Assembly (NCBI RefSeq): GCF_000011325.1
Contig: NC_003450.3
Coordinates: 1,860,001-1,892,000, forward strand
DNA: 32,000 bases
Source: Corynebacterium glutamicum ATCC 13032
GTDB lineage: Bacteria > Actinomycetota > Actinomycetes > Mycobacteriales > Mycobacteriaceae
Direction: 5' to 3'
The notes below the pieces were generated by a model. The model did no database searches. It saw only the letters and a program-made list of their open reading frames with translations, and had not been told where the DNA came from. The translations under genes and the position numbers were made by a program. Shown here piece after piece: positions 8,924 to 18,311 of the stretch; position 1 is the stretch's first letter, and every line of letters starts with the position of its first letter.

Positions 8924-11092
8924 TTAATAACCGTACTGCGGATCATTGGTTTTCGCTTCAGTCTCACGAACATACGCTTCATAAGGATTCGCGGGTCGTT
9001 CCTCTGGCAGATTCGATTCACGGAAATCATGAACATTCATATCCAGCTGTGCTGCCTGATTGATTTGCGCTGCTTGTACACGACGACGAGCTGCCAGTTC
9101 TCGACCTGATCCACGATTTTCTTGAGGTCGAACCATAGCATCAGTGTACTCGCTGCTCGTGTCTTTTTCCATAGTTATGGATTTAACAAAAGCGTCCGCA
9201 TCCTGCCCAAATGTCTGCCCATGTTTGCGCACAAACTTATCCAGAATCGCTGGATGATCACGCTGCATCACCTTCTCAGCCTGATCCATCGCCCATACCT
9301 GAACCTCCTTGACCTGCTCAGTCGTCATCGCGGTCTGATTACCATCATCCTGCAACACCTTGATCGCTGCCTGTGTGCGCTGTGCCATAGCAATCTGGCG
9401 CACCCGAGAAGCACTGCGACCACGTGTATCAAAGTCAGGTAACAGTTTCTTCGCAGAGGCGAGGCCACTTTCTGAGACATCAGTCGCTGTCATGAAGCCG
9501 GCAACTACATCACGAACGCCATCGGAACCGTACTGCTCACCAGCTACCCGCATTTCTGTCGCCAAAGTCGCAGCCAGGTTGTCAGCGAAGTTCTGCGCAT
9601 TACCCATCGGCTCACGAACACTAAACCAGCCGGCGTTTTTACTCAAACCTGCACCATCAGGGAATTGCCATGTCGGGGTCTTTGAAATCACCATGCCACG
9701 TCGTTGTTCACCCAGGCGCACGGTGCCAAAAGCCGTCTCATTAAACCGGGCAGCATAGCCTGGATCGCGCTCCATGCGACGACCCACAATATCGCGGGCA
9801 GCGCCATAAATATCCTTCGACTTCAGGCCATGCTCTTCACCCTGCTTGACCACCATGTCAATATCTTCTGCCACCTGTGCAGAGACATCCTTCGCATCCA
9901 CTATCGCTTGACCATCCGTATCTACTTCACGCATCGCCTCATACGCTTGATCAGACAACCGAACCACGGTCTGCGCGGCAGAAGCAACACTCATGGGGAT
10001 TCGTTCACGGTTGCTGATGATCGCTGTTTTCTGCTGCATGAACGCATCAGAGAGCGACTTCGCTTCCTTCTCCGTCTTATCGCGCGTCAGCTTTGACTTC
10101 CAAAAATCTTTGGACACATACTTCGACAACTTAGTGTCTTTAGCCTGTTCCAGATCCTTGTTAAACTTGCGCTTCATATCCACGTTCACACCGGTCATAC
10201 GTGGGCTCATGCACCACATCACCGCAGCAGTCGTACACGCGGCCATCACCGTTTGAGTGTTGACCCCTTTGCGCAGTGGTCCCATCGCAGCCTGTGCCAT
10301 CTCTTGGGCAAAATTATCATGAGCTGCATTGATCTTCCGCTTACGAGCAGCTGCATCTTTGGCATCCCGTGCTAGGTACGGATTATCACTTTTTGGTGGC
10401 TTGGCATACTTCTTTTCCGCTGCTTTGCGTTCCTTTTTGGCAACGTCAATAGGGTCAAAACTCTGTGCATGGACTTCACGCATGTGCAGCTGCTCATCCA
10501 CACCAGAAAGATTAGCCTCATTATCAGCTACATCTTGTGCGCCACTACGCGGTACACCAGCCTCATCAGCGAGTCGATCATCATCACTACGATCATCTTG
10601 TCCAGCACGCACCCAATGACTGGTATCAAATTCTTCGACATCACTGAGGTCATCAAAATCAGACGGAGCTGATTCACCAAAAATGCTGCGCTGTTCACCA
10701 TCAGCAACCTCATAACTCGGTGTTATCTCAGATGGGTGAAGCTTTCGCCGAGGCAACACATCACGCAGTGTTTCTGGTTCCTCAGACTCACCATAAGCAA
10801 CAGGCTGTTGCTCTACACCAATAATAGAAGCCAAGTCGCTGCTACTCATGACATTTTTCCTTGGGTCATGCAGCTGCCCCAACGTCTTAGGCTGGGTTAA
10901 TGACTGGACAGAAGATACCTCGACACTAACCTCTTCTACCTGTTCATTTACATCAGGCGCCTCTGCTTGTTCACGCACCTGCTCACTTGCTTGTGCAGCA
11001 AGACTAATCTCCGCCTCTACGACTGCCTGGGCACGCCGAGCCACCCGCTCTTCTCGTATCTTATTCTTCTCATTCCCAGCCACTGTCACCAC
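8924..11092 (-). CDS. large hypothetical protein (~720 aa), acidic N-terminal third
   Basis: A long uninterrupted ORF. AAGGAG overlaps the upstream stop. Three GTG candidates lie within 12 nt, so the start is uncertain by a few codons. I see no recognisable catalytic motif. Confidence 0.75.
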   Translation of the reverse strand: MVTVAGNEKNKIREERVARRAQAVVEAEISLAAQASEQVREQAEAPDVNEQVEEVSVEVSSVQSLTQPKTLGQLHDPRKNVMSSSDLASIIGVEQQPVAYGESEEPETLRDVLPRRKLHPSEITPSYEVADGEQRSIFGESAPSDFDDLSDVEEFDTSHWVRAGQDDRSDDDRLADEAGVPRSGAQDVADNEANLSGVDEQLHMREVHAQSFDPIDVAKKERKAAEKKYAKPPKSDNPYLARDAKDAAARKRKINAAHDNFAQEMAQAAMGPLRKGVNTQTVMAACTTAAVMWCMSPRMTGVNVDMKRKFNKDLEQAKDTKLSKYVSKDFWKSKLTRDKTEKEAKSLSDAFMQQKTAIISNRERIPMSVASAAQTVVRLSDQAYEAMREVDTDGQAIVDAKDVSAQVAEDIDMVVKQGEEHGLKSKDIYGAARDIVGRRMERDPGYAARFNETAFGTVRLGEQRRGMVISKTPTWQFPDGAGLSKNAGWFSVREPMGNAQNFADNLAATLATEMRVAGEQYGSDGVRDVVAGFMTATDVSESGLASAKKLLPDFDTRGRSASRVRQIAMAQRTQAAIKVLQDDGNQTAMTTEQVKEVQVWAMDQAEKVMQRDHPAILDKFVRKHGQTFGQDADAFVKSITMEKDTSSEYTDAMVRPQENRGSGRELAARRRVQAAQINQAAQLDMNVHDFRESNLPEERPANPYEAYVRETEAKTNDPQYGY

Positions 11093-11097
11093 ACTCC

Positions 11098-11373
11098 TTA
11101 AAAGTCCATATCGTCAAACTGATTATTCTGAGCTGCTGCACCTGTGCGTTCAAAACGACGCAACAATTCTGCGGCACCCAACCGTGCTGTTCGCACATGC
11201 GCCGGCACAACAGCCGCTAATTCTTTATCTGTTAAAGGTGACACAGGCTGCGCTGCAACCTCTACCACGGGGTCAGAGGCAACCACCTCACGTGCAACAG
11301 ATCGACTCTGCTGTCGTGGTGTAGCTCTCATGCTCTGACCCCGCGTTCCTTTTCTGCTGAAATCTACTGCCAT
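11098..11373 (-). CDS. small hypothetical protein (91 aa) coupled to the polymerase gene
   Basis: Its ATG lies 3 nt after the polymerase stop (TAA ATA ATG). Confidence 0.55.
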   Translation of the reverse strand: MAVDFSRKGTRGQSMRATPRQQSRSVAREVVASDPVVEVAAQPVSPLTDKELAAVVPAHVRTARLGAAELLRRFERTGAAAQNNQFDDMDF

Positions 11374-11376
11374 TAT

Positions 11377-14300
11377 TTAGAGCTCAAACCCGCCATCCTG
11401 TCGTTGTGGTGGTTCCTGTTGGTTGTAACGGCTTGTATCAAATCGACCCATAAACTGATTGTTCGCACCACCATGAGTAAACGGGTTTCCTGTACCTGGC
11501 TTCGGCACAACCGGAGTAGGCGGAACAGAATTCTGTGGTACCGGATTATGCACAGGCGGAATATTCTGCTGCTGAGGCACAACTGGCTGTTGCGCCCCCA
11601 TTGCAGGTCCCTGATGTCCATAATTCCCGATTTTTCCGCCCTGGTCGAGTGGCTGACCAACGCCCCGGAAGTCCGTCTGAGCAGGCGAAACAGGTTGCTG
11701 TGCCGGAGGTGTGACAGGCATAACTGGCGGGGTCGCAGGCACCTGCTGCTGAACATAATTCCCCTGTACACCTGCATCAGGTAACGGTGCTGGTGCAGCA
11801 ATCCCTGTACCTACTTCTGCCGGCACACGACGCTCAATACGGAAACCAGAACGTTGTGGGACTCGCTCAAAGCTCGCCAATGACTGCTGTGCAGAAATCG
11901 ACTGAATCTCCACATCAGGGATACCAAAACGCGCTGCATCCTCCATTGCCTTCATATTGGCGCGCACCACACGAGGGGCAAAGTCATAAGCATCACCGTC
12001 GTAGATGTTGACCTGCTGCTTTGCCATCTCGCACAACAAATCAAAGCGGTTCTTCTTATCGCCATAGGCAAGCTGATCAAGTGCTAGTGGCTTAATCTCA
12101 GTGGGTAGCTCATCATGGCTAAGCACACGCATATAACCCTGCTCATCAGAGAATTCTTCCGCGATCTTCTCCACCTGGTCAACGCCAACCGAGACACCCA
12201 TACCCTTGTCATCGGCGTACATCTCCATGTACTGCTGTACCCATTCATCCTTGGTGGCCTGGATAGGCTGGTGGTTCTCGTCCCTAACGACTTCCCACTC
12301 ATAGCGACCTTGCTCATTCTCACCACGACGCATCTTGCGACCTTGGTAGAGATCACCTACTGGTCCCATAAGAGTTTCTGCACGATAGAGCGCGTCAATC
12401 GGGTCGTGCTTCGCCTGCAGAATCGACTGCTGTGCCGGTGCTGATGCAGCCATAGCTTCCTTGGTCAGACCAAGATTGCGGCACAATGCCACCATTTCCT
12501 GCTCTTTTTTACCAGCCACACCGGTAAAGAGCACCTTAATTGCAGTCGCCTTCTGCGAACCCTCATAGTGGCTACGCAGCGCTTCTGGCGTTGGTTGACC
12601 TACGTCTTTAAAACCCTGCGCCGGATCAGCGCCGATATAGGTGGCATATTCCTTCAGCTTGCCAGGCGAACCTTTCGCACCCGTCTCGAAGCACTGCGCA
12701 ACAGAAGCCATATGGTTTTCCATACCGTCAAAACGCAAGGTCACCAAACCATCGCGGTTGGCAAAAGCCTGTGCATAGTGCTCATTGAGATCATCCATGT
12801 GTGCACGGTTGACCTCTAGCAATTCTTCGCGGCTAATCTCGCCGGCCTCGTATTCACGCTGGTAGCGGTTAAGCTCAGAGACAATAACCTTCATGTTCTC
12901 GGCCATTGCCGGATCATGGTGCTGCGCTACCTGTACATCGAGGCTGTCATGCAGAGTTAGCCCATAAAACATAGTGCCGTCCTCCATACGCTTACCATCA
13001 CCAAGATCAAGCATGTTTGCCTCAACTGTGAGCCTGGACAATGCCTCCTCATGCGCCTTTTTCGGCAGATTGCCGACCAGACCTACAGAGTCACCATCGA
13101 AGTCACCGTCAAAGCTCTTCACCGACACAGGGTTGACTGCCACACCGTGCAGATCATCATTAATAACCACACGCAAATAGCGCACACCACCATCGCGGAT
13201 CACCGGATCACGCCACACCATTGCATAACCGTTATCGAGAACGCCGAGTTCACGTGCCATCGAAGAGTTCATGGCTACTTCATCAACTGACAGGCGTGGA
13301 TCACCTGTCCACACAGCAGTAGCGGAGTGTGACTGTCGCGCCGACATAAAGCCGTCCTTGAACACATTGTTCTTGGTCTCGATCCGGCTGGCGACAATAT
13401 CATTAGCAATTCCATCAAAGCTTGCCTGCACCTTTTTCTGTGCTTGATCAACAAACTTCTGTGACTCGCTCAGTCGCTTTTCCGCAGCACGAGGCAACGT
13501 GCCGTGCTGCGCTTCCTCCTGGCGCAATGCGTCAATCTTGGCTTGCTCTTCTGCCAGCTTGTAGCACGTATCAAAAATAGCCATATACCGCGTGGTGTAC
13601 TCATGTCGAGAGGTACTACCGTCCGCTAAATCCTCATCACTGCGCAAATGCGGGCTCAGTAGTGGCAACTGATACATGTCTGGATTATTAGGTGACTCTT
13701 CTAGCTGTGCACCATTGCGCAACTGTAACTGGAAAGGAATCTCCATAACACCACCAGCGCGACTGATCTGCTCAACAAAAGCTTCGCGCACCTGTGCACG
13801 ATTAACACGATTATTCAGCTCACCGTTCTCATCGTAAATGCTTGGCATCTCGATGATATTGCGCTGCTCATTGGACTCGCTGAACCCCTCGCGCAACTCA
13901 CCATACGGGGTGACATCAAGCCCCGTGACGCGAAGATATTCCTGGAAGTTAGCCAATGCAGAGACGTTGTTGCCATAAAAGTGCTCCATAATCTCATGAC
14001 ATTCCTGGGCTTGGAGCACCCACGCCAGCTGAGAAGACGCTTTACGTCCTTGGCCCTCACGAACAGCTTCTTCATCATAGACATTGGTTTTCGCATCAAC
14101 AGCCATATGCGTGACGATGAAGTTGAGATCACCAGAGGCACCTGGTTGAACACGAGTAGAACCATCATTATTCCTGAACACCACATCCTGCGGGTTGTTC
14201 ATGAGCTCACGTGCCGTGCCACCATTAAAACGAGAAATGGCAGAAAACGGACTCATGACAACCTCTAGATCAGGGTTGTCTCGGAAAAACGCCACCTCTG

Positions 14301-17300
14301 ATTCCAGCCCTGCTGCACGTGCATCAGCATCACTCATCGCTGGATCAACAACAAGAGCGATCACACCCTTATTACCGTGAAAATCAGACAGCTTATCGCC
14401 GGCAACCAAGGGGCGCATCTCATCTTCCGTATCGCGAATAACATGGGTATTCGCAAAATCGGCAGAGACAATAATGCCATCTTCAAAGTTCCAACCGCCC
14501 AGCTGTATCATCGCAGTGCGTGCACCACCAGTCACAGCGCTAGCCTGCATGATGTTCGAGAAAGTCATGTTCTGACGGTCATGTGGGTCAAAGCCCATCG
14601 CCCATGATTCTGGATGCGCTGCAACAGGTACTCGATCAGCCGGATCACCAGGGGTAATCATGCCATCAGCGCCCACCTTCGCAGAAGGCAACAAATAGCG
14701 AACAGAACCCTGGTTCGCCGCCATACCAGTCATCATGGGATCAAAGAAACCTTTACCCGCATCAACATCAAGTACAGAAATGTTACGCCCACCGGTAAGC
14801 ACCAGCGCATCACGGGAGTTATCATTACGCGCATCAAAACCACGCTGCTGTGCTCGAATATCCTCCATCACATTCGCACCATCACGAATAGAGTTGTCGT
14901 AGCGCACACGCAAACTCGCAGTCTCAAGCAACGCAGCACGCCACTCATCGCTCAAACCTTCTTCGGCGCTGCGCTCGAAGAAGTCCACAGGGAAGCGATT
15001 GTCATACAGTCGCTTATATGCACTGTTGATGCTGGTTGTAGCACCCACTCGGGATCGCTCAGTGAACATCAAATCTTCTCGCACACGGTACACCAACGCC
15101 TCTGACATCACCTGCTCATAGCCTTTGAGCTTGGTACGCTCTTCTAAACTCTTTGTCTCACCAGGCTTTTGTGGTACCACAGACGCGGTGTAGCCAGGGG
15201 CAAACATATAGTTCTCGCCACCATTAAATTTGGTGACAATTTCACCATGCTCACCGCGAGTAAAAATCTGACCTATCTCACCCTGCACATGACGGGTGCG
15301 TTCACCGCGAACCTGCCCCTTACTATCTACTGCACGACTATCCTTCGCACCAACACGTCGCTGTGCGGTCCACCGCACCACACCGTTATCGTCAACAGCA
15401 ATATCGACCACATCAGCACCATTGCGGGAAATAGTCTCGGCAATGACAGTGCCAAATCGAGCCAACTGCGGGTCAAGATCAGGGTTATTAACCATTTTCT
15501 GCGCGGTCTCAGGATTAAATTTGAGCAACTGTTGATTAATAACATCGTTATAGAATTCGTCACCGCGCAGTTCATCGCCAGTAATCGAAGTCGCTCGCAA
15601 CGCGGCAATAATATCGTCATGGTTTGACCACAGGGATTTAGCACTCGGCATGTGCTGAGCAACTGTCACCGGATTAAAACGCAAGCCGGTAACAGGATCA
15701 GGCTCCACCGTGCCGACATAATCATCAAGAACAAGGGCCGCGTGCTGACGCACACGATCCTCCACGGTCACAGCATTCATTGCTGAGGTCATCGCAGCAA
15801 TCTGCTCATGATCACCATCGCGGATAGCAGCCATATAATCATCGCGGTTAACCCCAGGGTTAAGCAGATCGGTTTCCTCACCTCGCAGCATCGCCCAATA
15901 GTCCTGCTTTATCGCCATGAGCTCATCCTCACCAGCAAAAGCCGGCATGAAGTCAGGATCATCGGCGTACTGTGCAGAAAGCGCAATCAGTTCTTCAACG
16001 CCGAGCTCTTCGGCCACACGCGCACGAGTAAGGGCGATATTGTTACCAAGCCACTCCGATGCTTTCGCTTCATTATCAAACCACTTTCCAGGACCAGCAC
16101 TTCGATCACGTGCATCCTGAACGATCGAGAGCCCTTCACGCACCATGAATGCGGAACGATTCTTAGTGAAATATGCATCCTGTGCCTGCTCTAAAGCACG
16201 TGGGTGTCGAGCATTAGGCACACCAACAAGACCTTTGCCATCCTGTCGCTCAACCTCTCGACCGAGAGCAAATTTCACGAGATCGACAACTTCAGTTGGG
16301 CTTGGTTCATAATCAGTAGCCGGTGTCCACGTTCCATCACCGTTCTCCATGCGCTCACGAGCTCGTAGACGTTCTTCCGCTGTTTGTTCGGCGGAATACT
16401 TAATCACAGTGCCAGAATCATAGACACGACCCACCCACTGTTCATTGGCGCGAGTATCAGTGAGACGAATATCAATACGGGTGCCCTCAATACGCACTTT
16501 AAGCTGTCCCGGCTCACGATCTGGCTCGATCCTAAAATCCACACCCTCATCCGACAGATACGTCAAAATAGCTTCCGAGCGCGCGATACCCTCATCAGAC
16601 ATGACCTTGTTGGGGTCAATTTTCTGACTCGCAACATCTGCGGTATCAATGAGTCCAGCACGCAGCCATGACGCTGCGGCACGGTATTCTTTAGCCGTCA
16701 TAAACTGACCAATATTGGGCAGTCGCATCTGGTCATTCTCGGTGATAGTGCGCCAGGCAATAGCTTCACCATTGACCCATTGAGTCAACGGTCGCACACC
16801 GCCTTTAGTGTCGTCTTCTCGATGAGTGCCCTCGTAAACATCATTATCTTGTAGGTGGATCGTTGCTAGATCAAGGTCCCTGATCATGCCAACACTCTCT
16901 TCGGACAGTGATAGCAGCTTGGTACCGTGCACACGGACTACTTCGCGGTCTGACCAGCGTGGATCATAAGGCGAAATAGGTAAACGACGACCACCCAGAT
17001 CAGGTCCCTCAGGCAAACCATTAGGTCCAATTGCAGTGCCGACCATCTTGTCGAAACGGTGACGCAGCGCCTGGTACCCCTTTGAACCCTCACCCTCGCG
17101 AGCAATCGCACTAAACATGGGTGCTGCGTGAGGTGCCACCTCAGCAAAGGCAGCATTGACAGAGGCGAAGAATGCCTGAGTACTCCCCCGCTGCTCTACT
17201 GGTTCATAGGTTGCGAGATGCTCATCAACAAGCGCTCGGATCGCACGGCCATCAGAGGTGCTAAACTGCGACACACCAGCATCAACGTGCGTACCCCAGG

Positions 17301-17886
17301 TACCAAACATCTCGACACCTTCATAGAAGGCGTACTCCCGGAAATAGCTCTCCATCGGATCAATGACAGGTAAACCCACACCCTCTGATTGGCGAACGGA
17401 CTCTTGCGCGAGCGTTTGTTCAGCCTGGAATGTTGCTTGATCACGTGCCTGGAAAATAGCTGCCTGCTCTTGCTCATAAGCAGCTTGCTGTAGCGCTTGT
17501 GCCTGCTGCTGTTGGGCCACGAGATCCTGCTGCACCAGCGCGTCATAAGATGACTTAATCGCCGTGTATTGCGGTGAATTAAGAATATTTCGCCTAGTTA
17601 CCTTCGCGAACTGTGGTCGGTGTACACAGCCATGAGCTTCGGCATCAGCGGCGAAGGCATCATCGAAAGACGCAAACATGATGGCGCCATAGGTCGCTTC
17701 ATCATTGAGGTCTAAGCCCTTATTGTTTGCTGCGCGCTGTTTCATCAAGGCTTCTGCTTGCCTATAGATACGCACAGCATCGTGATCACCCAGTGGAGCT
17801 TTGCCCCAGTGATCTTTTTGACCCCACTCTGAGCGCGCCATCTCAAGCGACCGTTCAAAAGCGTGTCGAAATAAAGTTTTGGACAT
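11377..17886 (-). CDS. single-chain beta-beta' fusion, multisubunit-type (two double-psi beta-barrel) RNA polymerase homologue, 2169 aa
   Basis: AAGGGAGGA RBS. RpoB-type motifs: FDPMMTGMAANQG, HDRQNMTFSNIMQASAV, GGWNFEDGIIVS, GDKLSDFHGNKGV, VVMSPFSAISRFNGG, GQGRKASSQLAWVLQAQE. RpoC-type motifs follow: VWTGDPRLSVDEVAMNSSMAREL, VWRDPVIRDGGVRYLRV, SFDGDFDGDSVGLV, ETGAKGSPG. Confidence 0.88.
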   Translation of the reverse strand: MSKTLFRHAFERSLEMARSEWGQKDHWGKAPLGDHDAVRIYRQAEALMKQRAANNKGLDLNDEATYGAIMFASFDDAFAADAEAHGCVHRPQFAKVTRRNILNSPQYTAIKSSYDALVQQDLVAQQQQAQALQQAAYEQEQAAIFQARDQATFQAEQTLAQESVRQSEGVGLPVIDPMESYFREYAFYEGVEMFGTWGTHVDAGVSQFSTSDGRAIRALVDEHLATYEPVEQRGSTQAFFASVNAAFAEVAPHAAPMFSAIAREGEGSKGYQALRHRFDKMVGTAIGPNGLPEGPDLGGRRLPISPYDPRWSDREVVRVHGTKLLSLSEESVGMIRDLDLATIHLQDNDVYEGTHREDDTKGGVRPLTQWVNGEAIAWRTITENDQMRLPNIGQFMTAKEYRAAASWLRAGLIDTADVASQKIDPNKVMSDEGIARSEAILTYLSDEGVDFRIEPDREPGQLKVRIEGTRIDIRLTDTRANEQWVGRVYDSGTVIKYSAEQTAEERLRARERMENGDGTWTPATDYEPSPTEVVDLVKFALGREVERQDGKGLVGVPNARHPRALEQAQDAYFTKNRSAFMVREGLSIVQDARDRSAGPGKWFDNEAKASEWLGNNIALTRARVAEELGVEELIALSAQYADDPDFMPAFAGEDELMAIKQDYWAMLRGEETDLLNPGVNRDDYMAAIRDGDHEQIAAMTSAMNAVTVEDRVRQHAALVLDDYVGTVEPDPVTGLRFNPVTVAQHMPSAKSLWSNHDDIIAALRATSITGDELRGDEFYNDVINQQLLKFNPETAQKMVNNPDLDPQLARFGTVIAETISRNGADVVDIAVDDNGVVRWTAQRRVGAKDSRAVDSKGQVRGERTRHVQGEIGQIFTRGEHGEIVTKFNGGENYMFAPGYTASVVPQKPGETKSLEERTKLKGYEQVMSEALVYRVREDLMFTERSRVGATTSINSAYKRLYDNRFPVDFFERSAEEGLSDEWRAALLETASLRVRYDNSIRDGANVMEDIRAQQRGFDARNDNSRDALVLTGGRNISVLDVDAGKGFFDPMMTGMAANQGSVRYLLPSAKVGADGMITPGDPADRVPVAAHPESWAMGFDPHDRQNMTFSNIMQASAVTGGARTAMIQLGGWNFEDGIIVSADFANTHVIRDTEDEMRPLVAGDKLSDFHGNKGVIALVVDPAMSDADARAAGLESEVAFFRDNPDLEVVMSPFSAISRFNGGTARELMNNPQDVVFRNNDGSTRVQPGASGDLNFIVTHMAVDAKTNVYDEEAVREGQGRKASSQLAWVLQAQECHEIMEHFYGNNVSALANFQEYLRVTGLDVTPYGELREGFSESNEQRNIIEMPSIYDENGELNNRVNRAQVREAFVEQISRAGGVMEIPFQLQLRNGAQLEESPNNPDMYQLPLLSPHLRSDEDLADGSTSRHEYTTRYMAIFDTCYKLAEEQAKIDALRQEEAQHGTLPRAAEKRLSESQKFVDQAQKKVQASFDGIANDIVASRIETKNNVFKDGFMSARQSHSATAVWTGDPRLSVDEVAMNSSMARELGVLDNGYAMVWRDPVIRDGGVRYLRVVINDDLHGVAVNPVSVKSFDGDFDGDSVGLVGNLPKKAHEEALSRLTVEANMLDLGDGKRMEDGTMFYGLTLHDSLDVQVAQHHDPAMAENMKVIVSELNRYQREYEAGEISREELLEVNRAHMDDLNEHYAQAFANRDGLVTLRFDGMENHMASVAQCFETGAKGSPGKLKEYATYIGADPAQGFKDVGQPTPEALRSHYEGSQKATAIKVLFTGVAGKKEQEMVALCRNLGLTKEAMAASAPAQQSILQAKHDPIDALYRAETLMGPVGDLYQGRKMRRGENEQGRYEWEVVRDENHQPIQATKDEWVQQYMEMYADDKGMGVSVGVDQVEKIAEEFSDEQGYMRVLSHDELPTEIKPLALDQLAYGDKKNRFDLLCEMAKQQVNIYDGDAYDFAPRVVRANMKAMEDAARFGIPDVEIQSISAQQSLASFERVPQRSGFRIERRVPAEVGTGIAAPAPLPDAGVQGNYVQQQVPATPPVMPVTPPAQQPVSPAQTDFRGVGQPLDQGGKIGNYGHQGPAMGAQQPVVPQQQNIPPVHNPVPQNSVPPTPVVPKPGTGNPFTHGGANNQFMGRFDTSRYNQQEPPQRQDGGFEL
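11380..11829 (-). other. P/Q-rich low-complexity C-terminal tail of the polymerase (aa ~2020-2169)
   Basis: The sequence includes PAPLPDAGVQGNYVQQQVPATPPVMPVTPPAQQPVSPAQ...PVVPQQQNIPPVHNPVPQNSVPPTPVVPKP. Confidence 0.8.
12457..13344 (-). other. beta'-subunit-like catalytic module (aa ~1515-1810) including the Mg-binding DFDGD loop
   Basis: DFDGD is encoded at 13090-13104 (gacttcgatggtgac on the minus strand). An SGAKGS-like element and a bridge-helix-like segment lie downstream. Confidence 0.8.
13987..14769 (-). other. beta-subunit-like catalytic module of the fused polymerase (aa ~1040-1300)
   Basis: GDKLSDFHGNKGV is encoded at 14362-14400 (checked by back-translation). The flanking RpoB-like blocks are listed under the parent CDS. 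Confidence 0.8.
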
Positions 17887-17961
17887 ACTAAAGTCCTCCC
17901 TTTTCTTTATTCTTTTGTCATATCACTAATGGACATGCGGATGTGTGTAGTTACATCCATA

Positions 17962-17990
17962 ATCATACTCTAAAACTTAATCGTTTTTAA
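17962..17990 (-). promoter_or_regulatory. candidate sigma-A-type promoter for the polymerase operon
   Basis: On the minus strand: TTAAAA (17985-17990), a 17-nt spacer, then TATGAT (17962-17967). The hairpin GGATGT-N8-ACATCC lies just downstream. Judged by eye only. Confidence 0.3.
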
Positions 17991-18311
17991 AGTACTTTTA
18001 GAACTAGAAATGAAAGTTAAAAAACTTAGGTCTTTAGAGCACCGACAACCCCTCATCCGAGCTCAAAAATTTGTACTCGGCTGCCCTTGCGCATTAGGAT
18101 TCTCTCAACTAAGACATGTTCACCACGGCACCAAAAAGACACCATTTTATGCCGCACATTTGTTCACTACATTCACTGAAAAATCTTGTTGACCACTGAC
18201 AACTAGCAAGAAGCGGCAAATATGTGCGGCTTGGCATAAACTGTGTCCATCGGTACCTGTGTAATAGACACACGGTAAACACGCACAAGATAAAACATTG
18301 CGAGATTTTTC

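Noticed and set aside
8629-9109. Plus-strand ORFs of 144 and 106 aa
   Set aside because: They start inside the terminator hairpin and run antisense through the 75-aa and 722-aa minus-strand genes. The composition is hydrophobic and low-complexity.
12115-16671. Many 60-160-aa plus-strand ORFs (e.g. 14614-15105, 15169-15627, 15808-16194)
   Set aside because: All lie antisense within the 2169-aa polymerase ORF and show biased R/H/T/I-rich composition. They are treated as shadow frames.
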